From Ophelia neglecta (lineage: Eukaryota): a stretch of DNA of 64,000 nt. How positions within the stretch are numbered: the stretch's first letter is position 1; the number at the start of each line of letters is the position of its first letter. The stretch is taken from positions 129,518,001 through 129,582,000 of the forward strand of contig OZ260661.1 of assembly GCA_965285935.1 (NCBI GenBank), read 5' to 3'. The notes beneath the pieces are model-generated. The model saw only the letters and a program-made list of their open reading frames with translations. It did no database searches and had not been told where the DNA came from. Below are positions 38,944-50,093 of this stretch, piece by piece. The translations under genes and the position numbers were made by a program.

Positions 38944-41521
38944 GAAGGGGACTGAACTCTGCTGCATAGTTCATCAGTAAGTGCCTTTAAACATACCCGA
39001 GAGAATATATGCGCGGCAGTCAGTAGATTGGGAGTTTATATATTGATATTTGCCAGTCTTTGAATATGATTTCTCAGTGTCTATACATGCCATTTATTAA
39101 TGTACATAGCTAAGCCAGTTTCTTACGCAAGGTTACTAAGCCCTCTGGGTACCTACCTAATCAGGTCGTTTTTCTAAACGGATCAATGCGTATTGGGATA
39201 CACACCTAATCGAGTCACGTAACATGTAGTGCTACCACAAAAGCCTTGTGTATGTTGGCATAACATTTACAATATCTACAATTATAACAATCTATTTACT
39301 TCACAAACATTCTCAGTGGTGGCGGCTGGCTTCTAGAGCGTGTTTTTCTTCAAATAATATATTTCATTGAGTTGTTTATATAATTGTCTGGGTGTTATAT
39401 GTTGGCCTACAGGGGATTTGCACCACTGACTGGAATGTGCCGCTTTAGTCGGCGGATAATATCAGTTAATCTCGTACATTGTGGGATCTAGGTGGCTCGT
39501 TAGGGGGGGGGGGGCGATAACCATAGCGAGGGTAAGATGCGTGTACCCTCCCAGAAAGCCCTCTAGGGCTAGAGCCCCAAGACCGCCATTTGGGGAGACA
39601 CACCCATCCCACGCCGTCTTATTAAGCAATTTGGTGATACTTGTGGAAATAAAAGGTGGATTTTGACCACCGTGTCGTCCCGCTAGATCCGTTTGTCCAA
39701 GTTTTTTAATAATCGCTAGGTTCTTCCCGTGTCGATATTTCCTTGATTCAAAGTCCCTATAGCACACGTTGTTCAGAGGCTACATGATAACAAGCGGTTA
39801 GCAGCTGGCAAGACGTTGTAAGGTTAGATAACAGACTTCCTTCTTTATTTGAGCTCCAATGTTTTAGTAAATTTGGTGTTTGGTTCGAGGCCAGTCGAGC
39901 TTCGAACCATCGATTATGGGAACGAAGTTGTTGACTCTGGGCTATTTGTGTATTTACATTTAAAACTTTATTTTGTATTAATATGTGCTTCATATTTTCG
40001 TCTTTCACTATAATTATTATATACAATGGCCTAAGTATTAAGCTTTAACCGCAAATATGTGCTATGTACGAGTGGACGACGAGTTTGGTGTGAAGTACAA
40101 TGCCTTCAGTGGTAAATTTGACATTGACAAAGCTACACATAGTCATTTGGAGCTGGGAGGCTAACTTTCAAATAACTATGTTCCTTAACAATGAGATCAA
40201 TGTATTTATTATATATAAGACAGATTTTTGTAATTGCACACATATCTAGGGGCGCCTCGTGTCTTTTGGAGGGTGACATTAAAATGATTTAAGGAGGCCA
40301 ATATAAAAAGGGAAAAACATGTTAGTCGTGCCATCGGGGCTAGCTGGCTTGCATATTAGATTAAAATGACACTAGCGTTTGTATTGGAGAGAAATTGCCC
40401 TTTGTTTATTAACAATATTAGACTAATATATTAAAGATTGTAAAATCCCAAATATTGATAATAAATATGTTTAAACCAATATATTAAAGAAATGCAATAA
40501 GTAGGTCGCTATATATATATATATAATAAATATATATTTATACATCGGAGAATGAACTTGGGTCGGAATTGATATGTGTATTTGGCCGGCGCCATTGTTT
40601 GCTACTTATAAAGCAGGTCACCGAGATCGGGTTTTGTTTGGTGGTATTTCTCAAGGACGCTGTTCATTGGCCGAGGGAAATTCTACAGTCTAAACCAAGA
40701 AATAAGAAATAACAATTGAACAATAGGGGTATACATAGTGAGAGTCTAGGTGGAAAAAGGTAGGTAGTAACTACAACATTATAGTAATGAGTAAATATAG
40801 ACCTAGATAGTAATATCGCTCGTACTTACCACACATAAACTAGGCTTTTTCCACGCAGTATTTACTGCCCGGAATTAAACAAAGCACACAATTGTTCCAA
40901 GTTACCCCAGTCGACCTTATGTTGGAAATATTTGTGTTGGAGAAAATGGACTGTTATCGTTCAACAAACAGTGTCGTTTGCGCTGGGGGTAGTCAAAGAC
41001 CGGCACCGCACAATCGATACGAAATCATTGAATTTCATTTATTAACCTAACAGTGTGCAAGGCGCTAATAATGTCGTTTAGTCGATTTACGGTAACACCT
41101 TCTTCGTATGTAAACAGACGGCGCCTGTGTGGCCCAATTAGTATATTTTGATAGTATCCCAGGTTTGAAACAAAGTGTCAGTTTTATGCGATTCAGTAAA
41201 CATGGCCAATGGGTCTATTAGAAGTGATATCTTACAGTAGAATGCAATATCACAGAATCATTTTGGCTAAAGCCCTGAGTCGCTTATATGTGCAAGAACG
41301 GTAAAATTTCAGTAGATTCTTGCAGATAATAAACGGGACACTTCTGCTACTCTGAACATTATGTAAGCCTGTAGAGCAGTTCATTCGTGATTACGAATCT
41401 ACTGTATGAACAATGAAGTGACGTCATAACAATATTTGAATAGTATAACATTTTTACTCTTGTCGACACCTTAAAGAACTGGTTATCTATCTATGATAAC
41501 AACAATTGGAATAATCTGTCA

Positions 41522-41716
41522 ACTCCTGTCTTGGAAGTGATATCTGTCTCACCTCCTGGAGAGGCTAGGGGCTAGGGAAAATTCTCCAGGACTCCTGTGT
41601 GGGACGTGATATCTGTCTCACTTCCTGCATGGAGCGGCTAGGGGCTAGGGACAAATCTCCAGGACTCCTGTGTGGGACGTGATATCTGTCTCACTTCCTG
41701 GAGGGGCTAGGGGCTA
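41522..41716. repeat. ~69-73-bp tandem repeat, ~3 copies
   Basis: ACTCCTGT..GG..GTGATATCTGTCTCAC.TCCTGGAG.GGCTAGGGGCTA repeated three times. Confidence 0.9.
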
Positions 41717-42590
41717 CTTTAGACATTTGAACTGTATGTCTGACAGTGACCCAAAATTCTCTGGAAAAGTATGCACTGGCTAACTCTACAACTGGCTATC
41801 TTGGCACAAATCATTCTCTACCAGTGGGTTGATAAACATGGCTCAACACATTTTCTTGGAAAATTAAAATTTTTCCCTATCCCTTTCCTTATTCCAAAGT
41901 TTAATGAGCCTTACACTGTTTTAATAGCCCCTTCGCTGATAGCTCCACCCTAATCCGTGGGTCAAGGTCGATATTGAAAGAGTTTATTATATACGAATTG
42001 AATTGAATTATGCTCAAACGAAATTTATGTAATTTTGGACTAGAAAGAAAGGAACGCTCATGAGCGATAATGAAGGTCATTCACAGGACACACCGGAAAT
42101 ACATCCGAAACCACTTCCAGGGAGAATTCGGTTATCTATTAACTTCTGTACTATCTGCTGTGTATCCATGTGTTTTACCTATATAGCTTGCTCTGCTGCC
42201 GCTACGCGGCAGATTGAGAGATATCTATATAACACCACATGCGACCTGAAATTTCGTTACGTTATGCAATAGGGCTATATCCTATAGAATATAGAGCCAC
42301 GCAGGGAAAGCGCATAAAGGAAATAGTCAGATCACCATAACTTCCTGTTTTTGCTATGATGCTGTATGGCTTAATTGTATCATATGATCTATAATGTATA
42401 ATTGGAGTGCGTGGAAATAAATCAATCTCGGTTTATTATCCATGGGGTCACAGTTCACCGTCGGATAGTCGTCTGCTCAGCACCCTGGGCGATATTAGGC
42501 GAACTGACCTTCGTGGAGTTTGGTTGAAACCGGTAGCATTCCGCCTTCTGAGTCGTTGCAGTATATAGGCATTTCTGAATCATACATTTA

Positions 42591-42768
42591 CAGTGAAACC
42601 TGGAAATTAGGGACAGGCAAGGGACTGTGTTAAAGTGCCCTGTTTTCTAAGGTGCCCCTAATTTCAAGGTTATTTTACATATAAAACGCTATGTGGGGTC
42701 TTAATGTCGCTGTCCCTAATTATCAGGTGCCCCTTATTTCCAGGTGCCCTTTAGACCAGGTTTCACTG
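42591..42768. mobile_element. Tc1/mariner-pogo type MITE, 178 bp (GTGCCC family)
   Basis: TA|CAGTGAAACCTGG...CCAGGTTTCACTG|TA, a perfect 13-bp TIR with TA TSD. Confidence 0.92.
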
Positions 42769-43492
42769 TATTAGAATAAATGAGCTGAGACAGGTACACA
42801 TATTGTCCATTATCAAATGGCGGTATGGGGATTATGTACATTTAACCAATCCGTTCGACTTAATTTTTCAAGTGAAGATAACAGCTAAATGACAAGAAAA
42901 GCTTTCAGCTCAGTAGCTCAGGAAAAACGCTATTTATTTTTAAGATTAATAGAAGTCTTCAGGGGAAGCTTTCAGGAGTTCAATAACCGTGACAATAATC
43001 CCAAGATGACTGTCGGAATCCTTTTTTGAAGTATATTTTATTCGAGGGGCAGCAACTCTCTCATCCCTGGGCGATCGAACGCATATGTACAAAAATTTAT
43101 GGGGAAAATCAAAGGCAAAAAGTAAATGGATTTGAAAGTTTTTGTGCCAGGCTTGATCTGTTGATTTATTGAAATGCCATGCCCACAATGGGTCCGTCAG
43201 AGGGAGTACTCGTGTTGTGAATATTTAATGGCGTTTCCAAGGTTACAGGCGGATCCCAGTTTGAAACCAAACAGCCATAGGCCTATAATGCAATTTGCCG
43301 TTTTCATCACGTTACGGTAGCGCAATTTGTCTGTTACTACAATCAACAGTATATGGCAGGTTATTTTTGAAATCGACCATAGTTTTATTTATTTATTTAT
43401 TCGGTCGTTTTTACCCTGGAGCAAGTTGGTTGATTCACGGTTTCACTCTAAACACACTCCACGCCGACATGCGCTTATGGCTGTAGTAAACT

Positions 43493-44410
43493 GTCTTTGC
43501 CCAAATAGACTCCCTTGCCCTGATAGGCACCATGCCCCCAAAGCGTGGCCGAGTGGTTAGGGTGTCCGCCTCGCAAGTGGGAGATCGGGGTTCGACTCCC
43601 GAACGCGTCAAACCTAAGACGTAAAAATATAGGTATTGATAGCTCCCCTGCCAGGCGCCCGGTATTTCGGGGGTAGTATCAGGACTGGTCAACCCGGTGT
43701 CAGTATGTGACTGGGTGGGGTTCCCTGTCAGGTGTCTATGGCAGGTACTAAAGTGAGGCAGCACTCTAAAGAAGGCATTGAGCCCACTGTCACAAGTAGG
43801 CACCATGGCGATATGACCAGATAAGTGTTGAAAGCCACGTAGGACCCCCAACCACAACCATGCCCCAATAGACGTGATTTTGCCTGATAGACAGCCGATG
43901 TCCTGATAGACACTCCTTGCCCGCTCAGAAGCTCTTGCCTAATAGATGCCCCTGCCCACGTAGACTCTGCTTGCTCCCATAGGCCCCTCTTGGCCCAATA
44001 GCCACCTCTTTTCCATAAACGTCTCTTCCTCCATTATCGCTCCTTCCTCCACAGGCTCTTTTTGTCCCAATTAAACGTCCTTGCCTCCCATAGGCTATTT
44101 TTAGCCCATAAGACGCCCGAAACATCTTTAGGCGCTTATGGCCACTTTTCAGCGCCTTGCCCCATAGACAATCATTAAATTGTAAAGCCCCCACGTCTTA
44201 CACTTTTAGCCGCTCCTTGCTCCGATAGACACGTCTCCCCCCCCCCCCCCCCCATAGCCACGTTTGACCCATTTAGACACGTGGTGCCCCTTTTAGACTC
44301 GTCTTTTCCATTAACCCCCGTCTTGTCTGTACTCGCGGCTTGCCCTGATGAACCTGTTTAGTTTCGTAGACAGGCCGGTCATATCTTGACAAATCTTGCC
44401 CCGATATAGA
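43493..44410. repeat. Old degenerate ~18-19-bp tandem array (CTTGCCCC.ATAGAC...) interrupted by a SINE
   Basis: Recurrent GCCC..ATAG(A/G)C units on both sides of the SINE. Confidence 0.7.
43539..43856 (+). mobile_element. Full-length tRNA-derived SINE (MetaSINE-like)
   Basis: A box TGGCCGAGTGG (43546-43556), B box GGTTCGACTCC (43589-43599), central AAGAC.TAAAAAT..GGTA...GCTCCCCTGCCAGGCGC resembling the Meta domain (from recall), tail GTTGAAAGCCACGT + (AACC)-like repeats, 10-bp TSD ACCATGCCCC. Confidence 0.88.
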
Positions 44411-44855
44411 CACACTATAAATTGTAATACGCAGTTAAGGTTGTTGCCATCACGTCCACCTTTTCATTTAATGTATCAAGTCTGGATTCAATTTTGATAT
44501 ACTGTAGAGATAAGTTTGATACCCGGCCCGGCGTTGAATGGCCGGACTTCGCCAGCACGCGAGCCTATACTTCTTGTGTCCCAGCTCCATACATTTTCAT
44601 CAACAGAACCATTCACCCGTTCCTTTTCATCTCTATTATAAACTTTGTCAGGGTCAATATTTTGATAATTAACAAAGAAAGGTGCCATTGATATTTTAAT
44701 AGATATGCTCTGGAATGTCGTCTGCTTTTTAGCCAATACCAATAGGCCTATAGAATAAAGTCCATTTATCTGATTGCGCTGGTGGTAGTTCAAGATCCAG
44801 ACCGAATTACGATAGCATGTCTATTTAACGTAGGACCATGCAGTGCTGGCTTGCT

Positions 44856-45056
44856 CAGTGGCGGTCCAGGATTTCAGGAAGGGGGGGGGGGCAAATTTTC
44901 CAGAGTGGACAAAGCCATTGTCGGGATTGTCCCCGTTACCAACCCTCTGAAACCACCTTGCGAAGGTCCAGAAATAGGCCCTGGTCCGGGCCCACTTTTT
45001 GGCAAAGGGGGGAGGGCGGGCCCCCTGCCCCCCCCCCCCCCCTAAATCCGCCACTG
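44856..45056 (+). mobile_element. MITE with CAGTGGCGG TIRs and 5-bp TSD, family A
   Basis: CAGTGGCGG...CCGCCACTG with perfect TSD TTGCT. Confidence 0.9.
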
Positions 45057-46764
45057 TTGCTATACTTTTCTAATCTATGTTTTCTGGTACCGGAATATGC
45101 CAGGAAAATTATTCGGGAAACTCTCCAGGGACTTTCACAATTTGACCATTCTCACCCTACCCCGTTCCCCCTTTTTATAGGGCCGCACTTATATTGAACA
45201 GTCTTCGGAAAGGGGTAGTGCGCTTACAGACAGTTAAAACTGGAGTTATTATGTGCATAAATCGGCAAACTGTGACTCATATCAAAGCCTGGATGTTACT
45301 TAATTCTTTAAGAAAAAATTAGTAACTTTTATTCGGGGGTCAACTAATGGGTTAAGGAGAGGGCTCTCCCTCAGCGGACTGTTTATTTTAACTTCGGCTG
45401 GCTTTTGTGACACTGACATCTCAATAGCGTGTAGGATATATATCTAATTAACTTTCAACCAGCAAGAAATAGTCGCATTTCTGTTCCCCCTTTCTGTACG
45501 TCTAAAAACGAATTTCACGGTTCAATTTGGCGAAGAGTTTGCCTTTTGTTAAGTTGATATGTAGAGTACTTGGACATGTCACTTGTATCATCATCAAATT
45601 ACCCTTGGAATGTATGAATGCGTACAGTGACTGTGTTAAGGTTAGGGACAAATGTCTACACTGTCGTGTATTCATCTTCATAAAAACACAGCATCTGAAC
45701 TTAAATGTGGAAATAAATAAACAGTACATCTATATATTGATTGTATACATATTTCGTCCGAGAACTGTTCCATATTTCGATCACCTGGGTGACGGGCACT
45801 AGACAAGCAGTGATTTCACGGCTGGTTAACCCAGAACGCAATATGTCTACTGTATATCGCCGACGTGTTTATTGTTAATGGTGATTTAGGCGCTCGACAG
45901 GACGAGCCTACTCACTGCACTCTATAGATTAATCCGCGCCGGTGATCACTGCCTTAGCAATGTCACTTTAGAAGCGCTAGTTTTTGCTATATACTACACC
46001 CTGGAGACATTGTAGGTTTTACTGCTGAATTCTTAAGCTCGGCCATAGAGGCATTCCCTAATTTTCTTGTTATATCATGCGTGTGTCTTTGATCACCTGG
46101 TAAAAAACGCACTGCTCAGGTAGAATATCTGGATTAAAAAAAAACCTATCGGCCTTTGGGCAAGACATTTTCGCCAACAGGGAAATTTCTCAAACCGTTT
46201 TTAGATTTCGTCACTAGATAAGCTAGGGAGCGATACAGGAAAAATTCCGGAAATGGACAATTGTGTCAGTTTCGAGTTGATTTCATGGTGCAGTATTTGT
46301 TATGGCAAGGAATGGGCTTTGGTGAATGGAAATATCTGATGTCTATACAGGTCGCTCCTCCCACCACCCATCCCCAACCCCCTACGCTCATCCCGCCCAC
46401 TCTCTGTTCTGTTCGACATTCCTTAAATGAATTGTGGACACATTCTTTGGCGGGTTCAAACGTCGACAACTCAAGTATTTTAAGTAATTCTAGCTGAAAT
46501 CCAAGCATAACTGTACCTTATATTTTCCCCAAGCTGATAAAATTGATTTTTTGTCGGCAATCTTCCAGAATTATTGGGAGCGGCGCTATAGGTGAGATTG
46601 TTTCCTTAGGCCGGGCGGCCTAAGGTCGGCTTCGTTCGCCACATTACACCCGCTGAAAGGAGCTAGTGTTTTCCAAGTCCATTCAGTCTATGTTTACTGC
46701 GCTTATTTTGTCGCTGTTTTTTCCGCTTTGGAACAATATTCGGCCAGTTGGGGGTATATACGAG

Positions 46765-47100
46765 GTCCCTGAAAGCTAAAATATCAAATATTGCCAATAG
46801 TATGCAAGTAAAATATCTATCTATTTGTTATTTTTACCTAAGAAAGCTTCCTAAAAACATTTATATCAGCCACCAACATATTTCGCTGATCCCGAGCAGC
46901 ACATACAGTTCGTATACAGGTACATTTGGTCATTAGAAGGGTGTCCACCTCATGCACGTCCATCTAGTGGTCCTAGGAGATGATCTGATGGCTACAAGCC
47001 AAAGGCCTATAGTCTGATCTGTTCTTATGTGGTTATTTTGTCAGCACGCTGAAAGTGGCCCCAGAACAGATATTCTCGAGAACAGATCTCTGGGGACTGC
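46765..47100 (-). repeat. Copy of the 24090-24420 dispersed repeat
   Basis: High-identity reverse-complement match, e.g. CACCAACATATTTCGCTGA.CCCGAGCAGCACATAC.GTTCGTAT.CAGGTACATTTGGTCA.TAGAAGGGTGTCCAC. Confidence 0.85.
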
Positions 47101-49902
47101 CGCCTATAACATCTAGTAATCACGGATTTAGATTTATTAAACACTCTCATCCAATTATCTTTATTCAATATATAAAGAATGAATAGATAACCTTATTTTT
47201 TATAATCATAAATATATATAACTCCCCTGTATAGTAACTAGTTAAGATTTGCAAATATGCCCTCTATGTAAACATACATGACAGTGTAGTTAAAAGAGTG
47301 ATGGCCTGTGGACCTTTCATTGAAATAATGTTCTTGTATTTCCCGTGGGAACCTGTTATGTCTATAGAAAACACTGATAGTCCGCGATATGATGTCAACC
47401 CGTTTTTTTGTTGTATGATATTTGTGGAAACACTAAGGTCCCTGGTATGGGGATTTGATCACTATAGGAAACATGTAAATGAAACTCTAGCCCCCTTTGT
47501 CTTTCCTGTACTGGTCCTGGCCTGTTTACTGTCTTTTTCTGGCCTCCAATTGGAGAAATCTACAGTTTACCGGCTATCACTGGCTATGTATTGATAGGAC
47601 ATACAGTAAGGGTATTGTAACAGCAGACATTAAAACAAATAACACTGTTGCTGAATGAATGTTTTATATATGTAAGCCTGTTATGAACCGATAAACAAAC
47701 ACTGTCGTTGTTCTTTTATTATCGTCTCTAATACTTCCTAGCTTTTCTATAGGATTTAATAACAAATGTGTGTGTGCGTGTGTGTGGGAGGGGGGTGGGG
47801 TGGGGGTGGGTGTTCGCCAACCTGTGAGACTTTCCACAGGGGGTGGCAGTGGGGGGGGGGTTAAACCACAGCCCTGAAAGGTTACACCTTTAATGGTGAG
47901 GGTGTGTGAGGTAATCGTCACTTTCCAGAAGGGGAGGGTGTATGTTTTTAGTCATAACAGCCCACCCAGGATACACCCATCATGGTGAGTGTATGAGGTG
48001 AATGTCTCTACTCAGATCGGGGTATATGTGCCAGCAGCGCTCCCTTCATCCGCCCCACACCCTCCGAAAGCCCGCTGTGGCCACTTGAGGGAAGAGGAAC
48101 CATCCTGACCGGTCCGGTCCGGGCTCTCTTTCCTAGATCCGAGATTTACGATCCTTTCTAAAATGCAGTCGCCCACTCGCCTCGTTTTTCATACCGTACA
48201 TTGGACGACACACATATTGGGGTTTCAAATGTATAAGCTGAATGACGGCTTAAAAATACATGCATTCCATGGAATATTGCTTTAACCTTCAAGCTATAAA
48301 AGAACGGTTTTATGAAGCAAAATGAAACTAAATTCAAAATAGGCAATGACTGTCAGGACTAAGACTGCATCCGCAAATTTGGCGCTATCCGTCTTAATTC
48401 TGTTATAGGAGTCCACGTTGTATGAATGTCCATCGAAAAATATCATTTTCGTTAAATTGATCAATAAGAATTTAATTTTGATCGATGAGGGACTCGATCG
48501 AGAGATATTTGACATCGCCGAGCGATATTTCAAGTTGGACATAACCGGATTTGTCACAGCTTCACAAATAAGAACGTTATTTCCTGTGAGGGGTCTCGGA
48601 CCGTGCCCTTGTTGAAGTCTGTTCTGTGTTTTTGGCGTTGAGTGCCTTCTAATCGCGATGGGGCTCTGTCAAATGTATACGTAGAACTGTCGGCTGATGT
48701 GAAAGCCATCGCATAGGCCTACCCAGATAAGTCCACAGATCAAGTTCACCAAAGAAAAGATCTCTTTCCCTTCTGATTTTCTTAACAAGGTAAGACCTGT
48801 GGGTCGAAATTCGATGTTATTTATTAGGAGGTGTGCAACATAAAATCGTTAACATTATTATTATTGTGAACACCCTAGCTGTTTAAGACATGTTGGTCCT
48901 ATTGTATTTGTAGCTATTAAACGACTGTATAAACTAGTGATAGCATAAAACCTAGTATATAAGCCTTCCAGGTAATAGCAGTTAATTATTGAATAATGCA
49001 ATTTGTTTCTGTAAGCCTTTAGTATGTTTTGATGAGAGCTATAAAGCCTATTTCTATAGGGTCTATATAATACATGTAAATATATAAGTGAAATATAACC
49101 TGTTAGTATTATTCCCATGGATATGCCTGTAGTCTATATATAGGTGCAGGTTGTCGTCTGGTGTGCACCGGTCCTGCTATGAAAACCAGCCGTAGTCCCC
49201 CATTTATTTGACCATTATATAACCATAAATCCCCCACAGGAGCTGCTTCTGCTGACGTCATAATAGCCCCTATTTTCAAGATCAATTTGCCAATTGATAT
49301 CATCAAATGTGCCCGCTACATCGTACGACCCCCGTCGTTAAAACGCGGTATTCATTAACTTTAACTAGAGCAATCAACCAGTAAATATATATCCTTTGTC
49401 AACTTTGTATCCAGGCAGAAACAGACTAAAAAGGAGACAAATAGCATGCCGACGCCAATACAACGGTAACAAACTAATTTGTTAGTTGACTCTTTTAACC
49501 CCTGATGGTTTGACACAAAAATACTTGTTTTCCACGATACGTTAACGTTGTTCTGTTTCATTGGAGATATTTCCAACATCGATAATTTTACTATTGTTCT
49601 ATATAGCTGTAAAGATAGTTAGGACTTATTAATAAGCATTTATCTTTAATAATATATGAACGTTTGTGTCTCAGGAATAAGTCCCCCTTTGTAATCTATA
49701 CCAATTATTTATACATGATCCTAATACGGCATATGATTATAACGTTTGTTCGAGAGGTTCTTCTGGCGAGGACATGGCCAGAATTTGGCACAGAAAGACA
49801 CGAGCAGTTTCTCTAGTTACCTTCATTATCACACAATCGGCGGGTCGTGTTTCACTTTGGAAGGCAGCATGAAGAAATGTACTTTTTATAAAAGACCGAC
49901 AC

Positions 49903-50093
49903 CAGGGGCGGATCCAGGAATTTCCAGGGAGGGGGCACACTCCATGTGGAGGAATTGAAAAGCGGGGGTGGGGGGGGGGGGGGGGCACAGAAGCTGGGGT
50001 GGATGCATACATGCATCTAGTTGTCTATATTTTGGACGCCTTTATGGGCTTGTTCGAAGTGAATAAAAAAAATCGTGGGTGGATCCGCCCATG
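49903..50093 (+). mobile_element. MITE with CAGGGGCGGATCC TIRs and 5-bp TSD, family B
   Basis: CAGGGGCGGATCCA...TGGATCCGCCCATG with perfect TSD GACAC. Confidence 0.88.

Noticed and set aside
43541-43612. tRNA-like sequence (anticodon-like CGC)
   Set aside because: It is the head of a SINE: no proper acceptor stem or T-run terminator, and it is followed by the SINE body and a TSD.
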